From positions 6,177 to 70,176 of the forward strand of contig JBPCQC010000079.1 of the NCBI GenBank assembly GCA_050998515.1: a DNA stretch of 64,000 bases. The letters are read 5' to 3'. Made by a program: the position numbers and the translations under genes. This document shows positions 21,101 through 29,965 of the stretch, one piece after another. Positions within the stretch are counted from its first letter, which is position 1; each line of letters begins with the position of its first letter. The notes beneath the pieces were generated by a model that searched no databases, had not been told where the DNA came from, and saw only the letters and a list, made by a program, of their open reading frames with translations. This DNA comes from Verrucomicrobiales bacterium. Lineage in GTDB: Bacteria; Verrucomicrobiota; Verrucomicrobiia; Verrucomicrobiales; V1-33.

Positions 21101-21382
21101 TTCGTCCTCTGGTCGAAATCACCACTCGCGTTCGACACGGTTTGTCTGCAGACGTGGATCGACGGCAAAAAATACTTCGACCGCGAAAAGGCCGATGAAC
21201 GCGCCGCGGCTCTGGAAAAAGAACGCCGGGAATTGATCGACCACGCCAAAAAGGTGATCCAAAGGACGAAGTCAAAAGACAGCGATGACCCTGGATCCGA
21301 GGAGAAATTCTTCCGCGTCTGCCTCGAACATGAGTTCGACGGTCAAGACCGCCATTGCCTCGATGATGAGGATCATCAGTAA
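18185..21382 (+). CDS. Large two-domain amidohydrolase-family protein (metal-dependent hydrolase)
   Basis: Two amidohydrolase-type segments (GTVLIRDGFIEGVG...; ...HITPGLIDVHSHSMILG with the HxH metal motif; C-terminal NSDSSDHARR...DADFVLW). The N-terminus has no clean signal peptide, so the start is uncertain. Confidence 0.8.
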   Translation: MSIFGRALAECRHHCDDMLSPLQDCGFLRLPPRAALRLPWAEIFRPVGARLRSRGSSLLSRPRACLAAAALVLAVHPIYFASIDILPPGHRPIPPGVHALVGGTVVAKPGEVIVGGTVLIRDGFIEGVGKDIAVPADARVWEMKGLTIYAGFMDPYLTLGTPTPPAKTTQSEPIAEAGDLLTAGGIQFFGVPGAEVDPGNTGPGSEISLITPELRMAEKYAPSAKLLEGLHQLGFTSANVIPEKGIVRGTSVFVALSEANPNSVIIKAEVFQHVAFAAESVASLPEGERQNPYPRSLMGVIAAVRQTFFDADFYARDHADYRQNPVGRKRPEFNPSREALGPAVAKKMPVVIEAGSALMVDRAARVARELGLNFHLVSSGQEWRRPDLAKTTQAAFIVPLDFPEMPKLPEEDDWSQVTLDQLRAWDWFPENPAVLRREGLEVAVTTFGLSDRKQFRKKLRLALDAGFSEDDALAALTTVPAKLCGLEKQLGSIEKGKIANLTVVSGSYFVPENRVREVWIDGRMYPLKPPSEPALIAGEKAPEVKTPVAPQELELIKPKPPKPESEKSESDKKAQTETSAATPQPDLKLTDEERELRRKRVARSPLEGRGVLAEAPAVLVRGGTIWTSGPKGRLENADFLVVGGKIVAVGGKLEMPEEQRETGVTIDAANYHITPGLIDVHSHSMILGAVNEGTIPSTAMVRIGDVVNSETPNIYWQLAGGLTTASLLHGSANPIGGQNAIIKLRDGASPEMLKFDGAPPGIKFALGENVKQSNWGDRNVTRFPQSRMGVQTFLANRFAAARRYLKEKRQAEARPVRRDLELEALGEILEGQRWIHCHSYRQDEILAFLRLMESFGIKVGTLQHVLEGYKVADEIAKHGAGASAFADWWAYKFEVFDAIPYAGSLMRDRGALVSFNSDSSDHARRMNLEAAKAVKYGGTPEIDALNFVTINPAKQLRIDQRVGSLESGKDADFVLWSKSPLAFDTVCLQTWIDGKKYFDREKADERAAALEKERRELIDHAKKVIQRTKSKDSDDPGSEEKFFRVCLEHEFDGQDRHCLDDEDHQ

Positions 21383-21394
21383 TGGCGTGCGAGA

Positions 21395-21595
21395 ATGAGC
21401 AAACAGAATAAGCTGCTCGAAAAGGTGTTGAGTGGAAAAGCCGGGGCTGGCATTCGATTTGGCGATTTATGTTCACTGCTCACCCATCTTGGCTTCACTC
21501 TGCGTATCCGAGGCAGTCACACAACTTTCGCCGGCAAAACTTCGAAGACATCAACTTGCAAGCAGCTGGGAAAGACGCGAAACCTTACCAAGTGA
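21395..21595 (+). CDS. hicA: HicA-family mRNA interferase toxin (YcfA-like); probably frameshifted at the (CA)3 tract 21518-21523
   Basis: SGK...LGFTLRIRGSH matches the HicA core up to the catalytic His. Taking a +2 frame after GSH gives NFRRQNFEDINLQAAGKDAKPYQVRQVRDVLRRGNS*, which aligns with the E. coli HicA C-terminus (…IKEPLRKAILKQLGLS) and ends TCATGA, overlapping the hicB ATG (21630-21633). Confidence 0.65.
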   Translation: MSKQNKLLEKVLSGKAGAGIRFGDLCSLLTHLGFTLRIRGSHTTFAGKTSKTSTCKQLGKTRNLTK

Positions 21596-21629
21596 GACAA
21601 GTTCGGGACGTTCTGAGGAGAGGCAATTC

Positions 21630-21875
21630 ATGAAACGATACAAAGCGAAAGATTACGAAATTCGAATCTGGTGGAGCGAGGAAGACGACGCCTTTCTGGC
21701 GCAGGTGGTGGATATGCCAGGCCTCATGACACACGGCGAGACACCTGAGGATGCGGCACGAGAGAACTACGTGGCACTCGAGTTGGCGCTCGATTGTTTG
21801 CGCGAAGACGGCAAGACACCGCCAGCGCCCGGCAGCCGCAGAGTTCATCACGCGAGCGCCGCACACGCTCCGTGA
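21630..21875 (+). CDS. hicB: HicB-family antitoxin (single HicB-fold domain, no DNA-binding domain in frame)
   Basis: ATG 21630 with GAGGAGAGG upstream. MKRYKAKDYEIRIWWSEEDDAFLAQVVDMPGLMTHGETPEDAARENYVALELALDCLREDGKTPPAP is the typical HicB/UPF0150 fold. The track ORF 21432..21875 is a 5-prime extension. Confidence 0.7.
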   Translation: MKRYKAKDYEIRIWWSEEDDAFLAQVVDMPGLMTHGETPEDAARENYVALELALDCLREDGKTPPAPGSRRVHHASAAHAP

Positions 21876-22039
21876 GGTCAACAGCCCGGAGCGTCGCTCA
21901 GTCAAATCAGGTGCTTTTGCGATGCCCGTATCCCATCCTCTCGAAGGCAAGACTGGCGAGGAGCTTTTGCAACTCGGGGAGTTGATCTGCAAAGAGCGAG
22001 ACACTGCTTATCAGGCTTCCCCACGATTCGCAGCCCGAA

Positions 22040-23362
22040 ATGTCCGACAATCTGCTAATGAGTAGACGATTTGCCAACCCAGCCTTGTTATTACCAGCGT
22101 TTTTGGTTGCCGCGCCGACCATCGGCGCGGAATCGCTGCTTCTTTCCGGAGCCACCGTGCACACGGTGTCAGGCGAAACAGTTTCGCCTGGGCAGGTGTT
22201 AATTAAGGATGGGAAAATTGCCGCCGTGGGTGCGAGCGTCGAGGTCAATGGCGCCAAGGTGATTGATTTGAAAGGGCAGCATCTTTATCCGGGTCTCATT
22301 GCGGCGGATTCCACCCTCGGACTCAGCGAGATCAGTGCGGTTCGCGCGACCCGTGACGACACGGAGGTGGGGCAATACACGCCGGACGTTCGCGCGTGGA
22401 TGGCGGTCAACCCGGATTCAGAGTTGATTCCAGTGTCGCGGGCAAATGGCATCACTCATGCCAACGTGATTCCGCATGGCGGCATTGTCGCCGGGCAATC
22501 TGGAATCGTGAAACTCGAGGGCTGGACGATTGAAGACATGACGACCAAATCGCCCTCCGGCCTCCATGTATTCTGGCCGGGCATGGAATTGGACACCCGT
22601 TCGAAAGAAGAATGGAAAGATAAGTCTAAATGGAGGTCGCTCGCTGACCAGGCGAAGGAGCGCCGGGCCAAAGTGAAGGAGTTGGCCGAGTTTTTTCTCG
22701 AAGCGAAGGCCTACGCGAAGGCCAAGGGCTCCGCCGCGGACGGCAAATTCGAAACCGTTCCTGCGTGGGAAGCCATGCTGCCATTCGTTAGAGGCGAGAT
22801 TCCGTTGGTGGTGCACGCGGATGAACTACGACAAATCCGGGCGGCGTTGATCCTGGCGGAGACGAATGGCTACCGCATGGTTCTTGTGGGCGGGCGTGAT
22901 GCCGGAGAGCTTGCCGATCAGATCGCGCGTCTCCATGTGCCCGTGGTCTTTGACTCGGTTTTTACGCTTCCGCCGCAAGATTCAACGGGCTACGACGTGC
23001 AGTTCAAAGTGCCGCTGAGGTTGCATAAAGCGGGGATCAAGATCGCGTTCAGCGAGGACGGCCGCTTCGGGGCCTCGTCCCTGCGAAATCTTCCCTATGT
23101 GGCTTCGCAGGCGGTCGCGTTTGGTTTGCCCCGAGAGATCGCGTTGAAAGGGATTACGCTTTTCCCCGCTGAGATTCTGGGTGTGCACGACCGGCTGGGA
23201 TCAATCGAGCCGGGGAAGGAGGCTTCGCTGATCGCGGTCGACGGCGACATCCTCGATCTGAGATCAAACGTGAAGAGGATGTGGATCAGTGGAAACGAAG
23301 TGAGCCTCGAAAGCCGCCATACTCGACTTTACGAGAAGTTCCGCCAGCGCCCCAAAAAGTAA
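22040..23362 (+). CDS. Amidohydrolase-family protein, secreted
   Basis: ATG 22040, or 22058 for MSRRFANPALLLPAFLVAAPTIGA (signal peptide). Amidohydrolase blocks (VLIKDGKIAAVG, LIAADSTLGLSEI, ...IAVDGDILD). Confidence 0.85.
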   Translation: MSDNLLMSRRFANPALLLPAFLVAAPTIGAESLLLSGATVHTVSGETVSPGQVLIKDGKIAAVGASVEVNGAKVIDLKGQHLYPGLIAADSTLGLSEISAVRATRDDTEVGQYTPDVRAWMAVNPDSELIPVSRANGITHANVIPHGGIVAGQSGIVKLEGWTIEDMTTKSPSGLHVFWPGMELDTRSKEEWKDKSKWRSLADQAKERRAKVKELAEFFLEAKAYAKAKGSAADGKFETVPAWEAMLPFVRGEIPLVVHADELRQIRAALILAETNGYRMVLVGGRDAGELADQIARLHVPVVFDSVFTLPPQDSTGYDVQFKVPLRLHKAGIKIAFSEDGRFGASSLRNLPYVASQAVAFGLPREIALKGITLFPAEILGVHDRLGSIEPGKEASLIAVDGDILDLRSNVKRMWISGNEVSLESRHTRLYEKFRQRPKK

Positions 23363-23492
23363 CCTCGCACGGGGGCGGGCGGGGACGACCGGCGGTCCCG
23401 TGACCGCCATGACACAAAGGTATACTTTTTTCGATTCGGGGTTATATGGGCGATCTCCCGGAAATGCACCGCTACACTGCAAGCTGGCGCGA

Positions 23493-24152
23493 ATGAATAA
23501 ACACGCCCGGAAGATCATTTGTGGGTTGCTGGCTGCCTTCTGGGCCGAAGCCGTGTCCGGCGCGACAGTGAAAACGGCCGCGTACGACAACCCGGCAGAA
23601 TACGATACCGGAGTCAGGATCGATTCCAGCCAGTTCCTGGGGCAGGCGTTCGTGGCCGCATACACAATTAACCTCACCAAGGTGAGTCTTTTCCTCGTCA
23701 ATCTCAGTGGGACTGCGGCCGCGATCACTGTAGAGGTGCGAGAAGATGCCAGCGGCGTTCCTGGTGCCTTTCTCGGCAGTGCCACGCTGACAACCACAAA
23801 TACTACCGCTCGATTCATCGATTTTGATTTTATACCCGGCGCCGTTGCTTTGAGTGCCGGGGCTCTTTATTACCTAACCACCTCGAATCCCTCTCCTGCC
23901 AGTGAAGGCTATATTTGGGAGGCCAATCGCGTGCTGGGGGGAGAAACCGGATATCCAGATGGCAGCGCTTTTTTCAGTACCAACCAGGGCACTTCGTGGA
24001 TGCCGCTGAATAGCGGGATCAACAACTTCGATGTGGGCTTTCAGGTCTGGGGAGAAGGTATTCCGGAACCCAGCACAGTGATGTTTCTCGCCATTGGCAC
24101 TCTGGCACTCGTTTTAGGCGCCACGGGCCGCGCCCGAAACGTAACGCGCTAG
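23493..24152 (+). CDS. PEP-CTERM sorting-domain protein
   Basis: ATG 23493 with signal peptide MNKHARKIICGLLAAFWAEAVSG. C-terminal GIPEPSTVMFLAIGTLALVLGATGRARNVTR (PEP + TM + basic tail). Confidence 0.75.
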   Translation: MNKHARKIICGLLAAFWAEAVSGATVKTAAYDNPAEYDTGVRIDSSQFLGQAFVAAYTINLTKVSLFLVNLSGTAAAITVEVREDASGVPGAFLGSATLTTTNTTARFIDFDFIPGAVALSAGALYYLTTSNPSPASEGYIWEANRVLGGETGYPDGSAFFSTNQGTSWMPLNSGINNFDVGFQVWGEGIPEPSTVMFLAIGTLALVLGATGRARNVTR

Positions 24153-24194
24153 CTCAGGAGAATCTCCATGCGGCCTTGCCGGACCCCCAAAAAA

Positions 24195-27100
24195 TCAAGG
24201 CCCGGTTACCCGCACCCGCATGAACTGGCGAAGGGGGTCAGGTGGAGCGATCCGCCACGTAACGGTCTCGGTGCCGTCACCGTTCGGAACAACGGTGGCT
24301 GGCGCTCCTCCAGGCAGCCAGGAGGTGAGATCGCTGGAGTGTTGGAAGACGAAGGCCAAATCGGTTGTCCCAGCGCGTCGGCGCAGCGTGAGTCCGCTGG
24401 TGGTGCCGGGAGAAGCGGGCGAGACGGTAGCGAGATCCGACTTGTCGAGCGGGTTGGTGGCGGACGCGTATTCCAGAATATTGATGACGCCATCGCCATC
24501 GGCGTCGGCGTCCGGTGCCTGATCGGCCAGAGGAGTGCCGGCGGCGTCAAAATAACGCAACTTCCAAGTGCCATAAGTCGAGACCCCCGAACCTCCGGGA
24601 TCGGTGCTGGCCTCCCAGTCATTGGGGTCGTTTGGCTCGCCTCCTTGATAGACAAGACTATAGCCATCATCAGCGCGATCGGGCCAGGGGCTCGAGTCGC
24701 CGTAAATAAAATCCGCAATCACGGTGCCGTCTTTGGCGTTGAGCACAATGTGCTCGCCGCCGTCGTCGAGTTCACCCTGATATTCCCCGAGCACTCGAAA
24801 TGTAGTGCCGTAGCGCGAGGTGAATCCGTCGAGGTTTTCCACGACCACCACGCTGGTGCCCGGCAGCAGCAGGTTTTGCAGGCTCGGTTCTGACGTGAAA
24901 TCGAGACCATTGGTGAAGTTGATTCCCGTAAGGTCGATGGGCGTGCCGCCGGTGTTCGTGAGGCGGATGAACTCGAAGTTATTCGAGTTGGTATGCCCCG
25001 CTGCCTGTTCCACCAAAGTTGGCGGGCTCGGATGGTAAAGCACTTCGCTAATTTGCAGGTTGGTTGCCGCGGCCGCATTCGCACCGGGGAAGTAGAATAA
25101 CCTGGTGGGTGCGCTAAAGCGCGAACCGTTGGGCACCGATCCAGTGCCGCCGCCGCCTTGCGTGGGCGGGTCGCTGGGTGTCGCAGGATCATAAGTCCGC
25201 ACAAACAACTGAGTCGGCTGATTGAGCGTGATCTCGCCCGTATATTCGATGGCTTGCGGCGATATCTCTGGGCCGCCCGAATCGGGCGTCGGTCCACCTA
25301 CCAATTTAAACTGCATTAAGAGGTCGCTGCTCGTATTCGAGCCACCGTTCATGGCGTGAATCGCAAGAACGTTCGGGCCGACCTGGAGACGATTGATATG
25401 GGCTGTGACGTCGATCGGTTCGTAGCTGACGGCGGCGCCGTCATCGTGCGTGCCCGTCGCAAGTGAGTTCCAGGCGAGGGTGGCTGGCTGCAGGCGCGAG
25501 GCAATCTGCTGGCCATTGAGAAACGCGACGAAGCCGTCGTCATAGCGCGCCTCGAGCCTCATGAAGCCGAGGTCCTGAATGTTTTCAGCTGTGGCCGTAA
25601 ATGGAATCCGGATGTAGCAAGTCGCGTTCACCCCGAACATGGTGTTGTTTGTTCCGGCCACAGGAAAAGTCGGAGTGCTCCACCGGATGTTGATGAAGGG
25701 AACGTAATTTACGCCGGCAGCGTTGTTGTCGTAACCCACGCCTTGCGTACCGCTTGTCCAGGTCGAGTCATCGAATGGCTCGTTCAGACCGCGCCAGGTC
25801 GTCCCGATTTGAGTGTCCATTTGCAGATTAGGAACCGTTGCACGCGCCGCGGTGTTCTCCGCCAGCAACGTCACCGTGGCCACTGGCTGTCCGTGCGTGG
25901 TGTCAAAGAGCCGTGGATCGCTGCCGTCGGTGGTGTAGTAGATTTTCACGCCAGGCCTCGCCGTGCTCGGCGAAGTCAGCGCGGTTGTGCTGCCGATCGG
26001 CACCGGCCCGTCCGCGAGACTTGCAACCGCCGGCCGCGTGAACTGCCCGTCCATGAAATTCAGGCGGCTCTGCCACCAGTTCTTCAACCATTGGATCTCT
26101 CCCGCGTAGGTGCCATTGGTGCCCGGAGTGGTGGGGCTGGCGCCGCGCGGCGAAGTACCCCAGCGGGTGATGTTGCGCTGAACCGGCGTCTGCGCCAAAG
26201 GCACACCCGGAGGGGCAACCACCGCCGCCATTTGGTCGATAACAGCGTGGACATACGCGGTCGAGAGCGGACCCAGCCGCAATTCATGCAACCGGTCGAT
26301 CCATCGCTGCCAGAAGTTGGAATCGATGAACATTTCGTTGTACCAGGGGTAGTGGAAAAAATCGGTGCCGAGATCGCTATTGTCGCCCCGCCAGGTTACC
26401 GGGTTCAGGTCACGTCCGTCGGTTGAACCTTCGGCGCGGTCGAAGTCCCAGATCGGACCTGGCTCGAGCCGTCCGCCCCGGCGCTTGAACATGTAAGCGG
26501 ACAGTCGCAGGGCATCGACGTTTTTTGCTGCCACGTTGAGGATCAGATGGTCTACGGCGGCGTCGGGATCTATGTACTTCGAGTATCCATTCACCGGATC
26601 ATAAAAGTCCGGTGCATTGAGCGCGGCCCACATCGCATTCATATAGTTCGTAATCCAGGTCTTCTGCTGGGCGGTCACTGCCGTCTGGTCCGGGCTCGTC
26701 GCCACGCCCTGCGGATAAACAAAACCAATCTGCTGACCGTTTGACATCGTGAATGGATTGTCGTTGCCGTCCAAGCGGTCGATTTTCAAAATGTAACCAC
26801 CGGTGATGCGCGGCTCGGTGTTGTCGGTTGGCAGCAACTCCTGCACGTCGACGCGTTTTTCGTCACGGTCGATTTTTTCCTGGAAGCTGTAGACACCGAA
26901 ATAATCAGACTGCTCAAGAACTGCGTCATCGGTATTCAGGTAAACTTCGACGAAGCGGGTGCGGGACGCCCAACGGCCCGCATCTCTACTCAACTGATAG
27001 ATGAGGTCATTGTGCATCAGTGAACGGTCAAAACTGTACGGCGCGTGCAGGATCCAATCTGCTTCCGCGGGCATGCCTAAGGGAGAGATGTTTCGATCCA

Positions 27101-28109
27101 GTTCGTTTTCATCCCGCGCCTCAACCGCCATTGAAAACTTCGGATCACCGGCCGTGCTCGAGCCGCGTCGCTCGATGGTGCCGGGCACTGCGATCACCGG
27201 CGCCGCCGTGACATCGCTGACACCGCCAGGGCTGCCCGGTTCGAAAATCAGGAGCGCCGTTTGATGGGTGGTGTCGTTCGCCGGCGTGCCGACGTCCCAT
27301 TTGTGAATAACCACAAAGGGTATCGTGGACTGTACGTTTGGCGCCCCAACAGCAGCGAGCTGCAAATAGGTTTCACTCGCCACCGGTCCATCCGGACGCC
27401 CGGGCTCGAACGCGCGGGCCCGAACCCGCGTGGTGGCGGAAATCGCAATTGGCGTGCCGTCATACAATGCCGAGGCCGCCGTTGGCACGCTGCGGTTGGT
27501 TGTGTAACGAATCGTCGCTGTGGGAGAAGCCACGCTCAAAGTCAGCGCAATCGGTGCGGAAAACGTTTTGCTGGACACTGAAAACTGAACCGCCTCGGCC
27601 GGAGCGGACGTGCCCGCGTTGGCCGCGCCCGGCGTCGGAGTATTAAAGAACGTTGCGGTGCCGTTGAGCAGGCCGTAGGAGCGATCGGGCGTTTGTGTCG
27701 GGAAGTCCAGGTATTGGTGGACCACCACCGAACCGCCGGGGACTAGCAGGGAGATGTCCTCGCCATTATTCGATAGCCCGAAATTTGTATGCAGTTCCTG
27801 GCCTGTGACCGCGCGATCCTTTCCGGAGGCGAAAACCACCAAATACCCTCCCGCTGGAATGCTCACCGCCGGAAACGTCCAACGGGTGGGGCGATCCACA
27901 GGATCATCAGTGAGGTGGTAACCGTCCAGATTGACTGGGACGCCATCAGGATTGTGAATTTCGATCCAGTCGGTGAACTCACCGTCTACGTCCGCAAGAT
28001 TGGCCACGTTATCGGCTAAAAACTCGTTGATGAGCGGAGCGCCAAAGACCGGATTTAAAAGAAGGCACAGGGCGGGAACAATAATTGCCGAAGCGAAACG
28101 GAGATTCAT
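24195..28109 (-). CDS. Giant secreted CotH-kinase-family protein with two lamin-tail domains (LTD-CHB_HEX_C-like-CotH-LTD) and a TSP3/dockerin-like C-terminal module
   Basis: ATG 28107-28109 with signal peptide. N-terminal LTD (LINEFLADNVANLADVDGEFTDWIEIHNPDGVPVNLDGYHLTDD). CotH block (GDPKFSMAVEARDE...WILHAPYSFDRSLMHNDLIYQLSRDAGRWASRTRFVEVYLN...FGVYSFQEKIDRD). Second LTD (LQISEVLYHPS...FEFIRLTNTGGTPIDLTGINF). C-terminal DADADGDGVINILEYASATNPLD. Confidence 0.85.
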   Translation of the reverse strand: MNLRFASAIIVPALCLLLNPVFGAPLINEFLADNVANLADVDGEFTDWIEIHNPDGVPVNLDGYHLTDDPVDRPTRWTFPAVSIPAGGYLVVFASGKDRAVTGQELHTNFGLSNNGEDISLLVPGGSVVVHQYLDFPTQTPDRSYGLLNGTATFFNTPTPGAANAGTSAPAEAVQFSVSSKTFSAPIALTLSVASPTATIRYTTNRSVPTAASALYDGTPIAISATTRVRARAFEPGRPDGPVASETYLQLAAVGAPNVQSTIPFVVIHKWDVGTPANDTTHQTALLIFEPGSPGGVSDVTAAPVIAVPGTIERRGSSTAGDPKFSMAVEARDENELDRNISPLGMPAEADWILHAPYSFDRSLMHNDLIYQLSRDAGRWASRTRFVEVYLNTDDAVLEQSDYFGVYSFQEKIDRDEKRVDVQELLPTDNTEPRITGGYILKIDRLDGNDNPFTMSNGQQIGFVYPQGVATSPDQTAVTAQQKTWITNYMNAMWAALNAPDFYDPVNGYSKYIDPDAAVDHLILNVAAKNVDALRLSAYMFKRRGGRLEPGPIWDFDRAEGSTDGRDLNPVTWRGDNSDLGTDFFHYPWYNEMFIDSNFWQRWIDRLHELRLGPLSTAYVHAVIDQMAAVVAPPGVPLAQTPVQRNITRWGTSPRGASPTTPGTNGTYAGEIQWLKNWWQSRLNFMDGQFTRPAVASLADGPVPIGSTTALTSPSTARPGVKIYYTTDGSDPRLFDTTHGQPVATVTLLAENTAARATVPNLQMDTQIGTTWRGLNEPFDDSTWTSGTQGVGYDNNAAGVNYVPFINIRWSTPTFPVAGTNNTMFGVNATCYIRIPFTATAENIQDLGFMRLEARYDDGFVAFLNGQQIASRLQPATLAWNSLATGTHDDGAAVSYEPIDVTAHINRLQVGPNVLAIHAMNGGSNTSSDLLMQFKLVGGPTPDSGGPEISPQAIEYTGEITLNQPTQLFVRTYDPATPSDPPTQGGGGTGSVPNGSRFSAPTRLFYFPGANAAAATNLQISEVLYHPSPPTLVEQAAGHTNSNNFEFIRLTNTGGTPIDLTGINFTNGLDFTSEPSLQNLLLPGTSVVVVENLDGFTSRYGTTFRVLGEYQGELDDGGEHIVLNAKDGTVIADFIYGDSSPWPDRADDGYSLVYQGGEPNDPNDWEASTDPGGSGVSTYGTWKLRYFDAAGTPLADQAPDADADGDGVINILEYASATNPLDKSDLATVSPASPGTTSGLTLRRRAGTTDLAFVFQHSSDLTSWLPGGAPATVVPNGDGTETVTWRIAPPDPLRQFMRVRVTGP

Positions 28110-28272
28110 TGAGGTGCGGGGGATTGGGGGGCGGATAACTAAGCACAGATGCGGCGAATTGTAACAAAAATGTCACAGATTTCTTCCCCAATTGGCCTCA
28201 AATAGTGGCCTCCGCCGGCCTGAAATGTCTGGCGGGCCAGAAAACATCGACAGCGACTCATCAAATCAGCCG

Positions 28273-28974
28273 TTATTTTTGTCCGTAATAGGCTTGCGGA
28301 CCGTGCTTTCGGAGATGGTGTTTTTGCAAAAGGTGATCAGGTAACGGGAGGGCCGTGGGATTAAGAAACCAGGTCCCCAGCGCCATTTGTGCGCAAATCT
28401 CGAGTGCCATGTTGTTACGGACGGCCTCGAGCGGTGTTTTGCCCCAGGTGAATGGTGCGTGATACGCCTGCAGGACAGCCGGCATGGCAGATGGGTCGAG
28501 ATTCTGCGCGCGAAAAAGCTCGACGATCGCGCGGCCAGTATGGCCTTCGTAGTCAGCGGCCGCTTCGGCCGGGGTGAGTGCTCGGCAAACTGGCACTGAG
28601 CCGTGAAAATGATCGGCGTGTGTGGTTCCCATGCAGGGTAATTCCCGTCCCGCTTGGGCGAACATGGTGGCGTGCACGCTGTGAGAATGGCAGATGCCAG
28701 CAATGCCATCAAAAGCGCGATACAATTCGAGATGACTTGGCGTGTCCGAAGAAGGCCGAAGGGAGCCCTCAATCGCCGCGCCATCGGCCAGCGACACCAC
28801 AACCATGATGTCTGGGGTCAACTCTTCGTATGCGACGCCGCTCGGCTTAATCACCATTAATCCCCGACTGCGGTCAAGCCCGCTGACATTCCCCCAGGTG
28901 AGCTTGACCAGCCCTGCGGTGTCAAGCAGCAGGTTCGCTTTGAAAACTTCCTCTTTGAGATCATCAAGCGTCAC
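28273..28974 (-). CDS. araD: L-ribulose-5-phosphate 4-epimerase (class II aldolase/adducin family)
   Basis: GTG start (V/M TLDDLKEEVFKANL). Near-colinear identity with E. coli AraD blocks (LTWGNVS..DR, VIKPSGV, PSSDTP.H..LY, H.HS.HAT, TTHADHF.G, LRKHG..AYYGQ). Confidence 0.9.
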   Translation of the reverse strand: MTLDDLKEEVFKANLLLDTAGLVKLTWGNVSGLDRSRGLMVIKPSGVAYEELTPDIMVVVSLADGAAIEGSLRPSSDTPSHLELYRAFDGIAGICHSHSVHATMFAQAGRELPCMGTTHADHFHGSVPVCRALTPAEAAADYEGHTGRAIVELFRAQNLDPSAMPAVLQAYHAPFTWGKTPLEAVRNNMALEICAQMALGTWFLNPTALPLPDHLLQKHHLRKHGPQAYYGQK

Positions 28975-29064
28975 AAGCCCGGAAATCAGTAATCAGTGAT
29001 CGGCCTCCAGTGACCCATTGACGTTGACCTGGAACCGGCGACAAGGCGCGAATAACCAACGGCG

Positions 29065-29898
29065 TTACAGAGCCAGCGATTCGACCCAGCCGACCTCGAT
29101 AAATGAATCGATGTAAATGGATACGACTTGCTGGCTGTAAATGCGGTTCGCTGAATCAATCCAGCTTTGCGCTTCGCTTTTGTTTCCTTTATGAAACTCG
29201 AGCGCGGCCTTGGACAAATAGTAAACCGGAGCATCATCGATGTAACTGAATGTTGCGGCCAGCTTCTCTGCATCCGCGATTTTGTCCTGTTTCAGGAAAC
29301 AGATGACGAGTTTGAATTGAATGAGTTTTCTGGTGCCTTCGTCGATTTCTTCTTTGAGCAGGGCTTCGAGGTCCTGCTGCGCTTTTGCCCAGTGATGCTC
29401 GACGAACTCGATTTCGGCGAGATTAAATCTGGGATGAAAACTCTTCGGGTTGAGCTCCATCGCCCGCTTGAAACACTCGCGCGCCTTGTCAAAGGACCGC
29501 ATTTTGGTGTACACCGCGCCCTTCAGGTTATGGACCATAAACAGGTTGGGAGCGATCTGTTCCGCTTCACTCAGTTTTTGCAGCGCCTCCTGTAATCGAA
29601 TGCCCGCAACAAACTGCGAGGCTTCATTGACATTGCGCCGCACCTTCTCCACCTGCTCCGGTTTGAGATTTTTAAGGATCTCGAGTGTAGGATCCGGTTC
29701 CTCCTTGGCCTTGATTTTTTTCACCTCGGGCGTAGCGGGGAGGTTCACGGCGGGCGCGGGCGCGGGCGTTATTTTCACAGAGCCGTCGTCAAGCGGGCGC
29801 GACTCTTTCAAATCGATGTTTGCACCCGCAGGCTTGTTTTGAGCCGCGAGCGGCAGAGCGATGACGGCGAAGAGAGTGGGAATAATGAAGCGTTTCAT
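29065..29898 (-). CDS. Secreted TPR-repeat protein
   Basis: ATG 29896-29898 with signal peptide MKRFIIPTLFAVIALPLAAQ. TPR-like helical repeats through the C-terminal half. Confidence 0.75.
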   Translation of the reverse strand: MKRFIIPTLFAVIALPLAAQNKPAGANIDLKESRPLDDGSVKITPAPAPAVNLPATPEVKKIKAKEEPDPTLEILKNLKPEQVEKVRRNVNEASQFVAGIRLQEALQKLSEAEQIAPNLFMVHNLKGAVYTKMRSFDKARECFKRAMELNPKSFHPRFNLAEIEFVEHHWAKAQQDLEALLKEEIDEGTRKLIQFKLVICFLKQDKIADAEKLAATFSYIDDAPVYYLSKAALEFHKGNKSEAQSWIDSANRIYSQQVVSIYIDSFIEVGWVESLAL

Positions 29899-29965
29899 GA
29901 TCTAAAAAAGCAGAGGCTGGGGACTGAAAACTCGCCAACTTAGCGCTGCTGCCTGCTGAAAGTCA

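Noticed and set aside
21840-21990. Weak ribbon-helix-helix-like similarity (EFITRAPHTL…; SVAQSNQVLL) in the +1 and +2 frames downstream of hicB
   Set aside because: It requires two frameshifts and the similarity is marginal. HicB proteins consisting of the HicB fold alone are common, so this is not called.
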